From Paraphysomonas bandaiensis (taxonomy: Eukaryota > Protista > Chrysophyceae): 64,000 nt of DNA. Below the pieces are notes generated by a model, which was not told the origin of the DNA, searched no databases, and saw only the letters and a program-made list of their open reading frames with translations. Shown one piece after another: positions 62,608 to 64,000 of the stretch. The translations under genes were made by a program, and so were the position numbers. Each line of letters opens with the position of its first letter. The stretch's first letter is position 1. The stretch lies in assembly GCA_965644295.1 (NCBI GenBank), contig CBFFRP010000097.1, positions 1-64,000 of the forward strand, given 5' to 3'.

Positions 62608-64000
62608 CTATGAGAATATGGACTTGAATAGCTCAGAATTTTTAAGAACAGTCCATCCTGCCATATCAGACAATACGTTCGCCCGTTCGTAGTTTATAAT
62701 GCCCCCAGCAGTCATGTAGTGTGGGAAGCCTTTAAACGGCCCCTCGTCTACATCTACACTCAGATCAGCTGCTTCCGCCGGGTCCGATGGCACAAGAAGA
62801 TCGTGCATCTCTTCTGATAACTCAGACTCCCATGATGCCAGTCGGCCGAGGTAAACAAATGTTATCTGGGACTTCACACCCGCCGGTACACCCCACCAAT
62901 CGTTCTGAACAGTTGTCAGGTTTAAGGTTGCAATGATACCATTTCCTGCAGCTTGAGCCTCCTGTAGAGCCACGACGAGTGGTGCCCAATCGTCCTGAGA
63001 AAACACCTGAATCTTGCTCACATCAAAAGAGCGCTCTTCCCAGTTAGCATAGTCAGAGGGGTAGACGCCAAAAAAAGCGGACAGTTTATCAGTGATCTGT
63101 TCTTTGGAAGGTGCATCATTGTACACATCCCATTTCTCACTTGTCTGCAACGGCGTTCTCGAATTGACAAACAATACAATTTTTTCGACCCGTCTCTGCA
63201 GAAGTGATATAAGAAGCATATTCTCATAGCTACCGCCATCACAGAATAGTGTATCTCTCGACTTGGGGGTACGGTCCGCTGGAGACCAATAGTCGAAATG
63301 TAAACCAAATTTATCGGCCAAATCGTCTGGGAGAGTCTCAAATAGCGCACCGGGGGCATAGCTACTCGCACCACCAGCATACCGGATATCGAACACTTCT
63401 TCAGGTTCGGGAACAGAAAGGTCGCCGGAAACTTCGGACGACCGAAGGCCGAGTAGAGGAGCAGACCCATAGCGGCCAAACGCAAATGGTTCAACAGCCC
63501 CTCCCATGCGGATGGTATGGTTCCTACCCAAGTGATACTGGTACACAACGTCCTCTGCAATATCTATTCAGTAAAAATATATGATAAACATATAGTCCCA
63601 CACACCTGTGCGTAGCTGGCCGATGTATAGTGGTGTGACCTCCATCATTGTGAAATTTCTCTTCTCACTACTATAGGGTGATCCATCAGTCGGCCCAACC
63701 AGACCCGTGCCAACGATAGGAAACGGGCGATTCACGTTTGTGGGAAGCAGGAATAACTCATCTTCTAACGATGGGTTTCGACTTTTGATGTCTGCAACAG
63801 TGTCAGCGTCCCATGAGAATCGAGCGCCTGGAGCAACACCAACAGGTGCGAAGTACGTCTCCTGTGTGGCATACGCCCAACCATCAGCCAGACCATCTGT
63901 CACATTCTCTTTAACGGAGTTGAGCATCAAAGAAACGAAGTTTGTCTGAGTGAAGCGACGAACACAAGATGGGTCCATTTTTTGTAGGTCATCTCTATTT
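62608..64000 (-). CDS. Patatin/cPLA2 (lysophospholipase)-like hydrolase; 5' part lies outside the window
   Basis: RPFPIV, EVTPLYIG, GGAVEPFAFG, GASSYAPG, LFCDGGSYENM (DGG catalytic-Asp motif), LLQRRV..IVLFVN, FPHY.T. Intron near 63556-63605. Confidence 0.7.

Noticed and set aside
63018-63560. 180-aa alternative-frame ORF and other antisense ORFs within real genes
   Set aside because: Shadow ORFs of GC-richer coding sequence; no independent motifs.

Overview
Eukaryotic nuclear DNA: short GT-AG introns, AT-rich spacers and (TACA)n microsatellites. It is most likely a plastid-bearing stramenopile (ochrophyte, possibly a chrysophyte); this is inferred from a signal-peptide-bearing NTT nucleotide transporter and from stramenopile-type gene families. 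Recognisable housekeeping genes: UAP1, mitochondrial monothiol glutaredoxin (Grx5), ABCE1/RLI1, PRP17/CDC40 and an NTT/TLC ATP/ADP transporter. Also present are an M14 carboxypeptidase, a kinase, a WD40 protein, a 2OG-Fe(II) oxygenase, a DUF1349-like protein and a phospholipase-like gene. The most striking object is a long single-ORF 835-aa protein (28134-30641) with a triplicated TIR architecture: degenerate TIR - novel domain X - degenerate TIR - X - TIR retaining the catalytic Glu - ZZ zinc finger. It sits head-to-head with a CCCH/alpha-beta/MYND/ankyrin gene and borders an ~8.5 kb transposon-rich island (hAT relic, hAT MITE, KilA-N/APSES-like ORF, Mug135-like ORF), making it a candidate protist innate-immunity locus. 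Other notable items: an apparently catalytically dead single-NBD ABCF-like protein with a putative mitochondrial presequence and a C-terminal hydrophobic segment, a divergent DOT1-like methyltransferase, several hAT non-autonomous elements with 8-bp TSDs, and a candidate structured ncRNA. All family calls come from motifs read by eye; no database searches were run.
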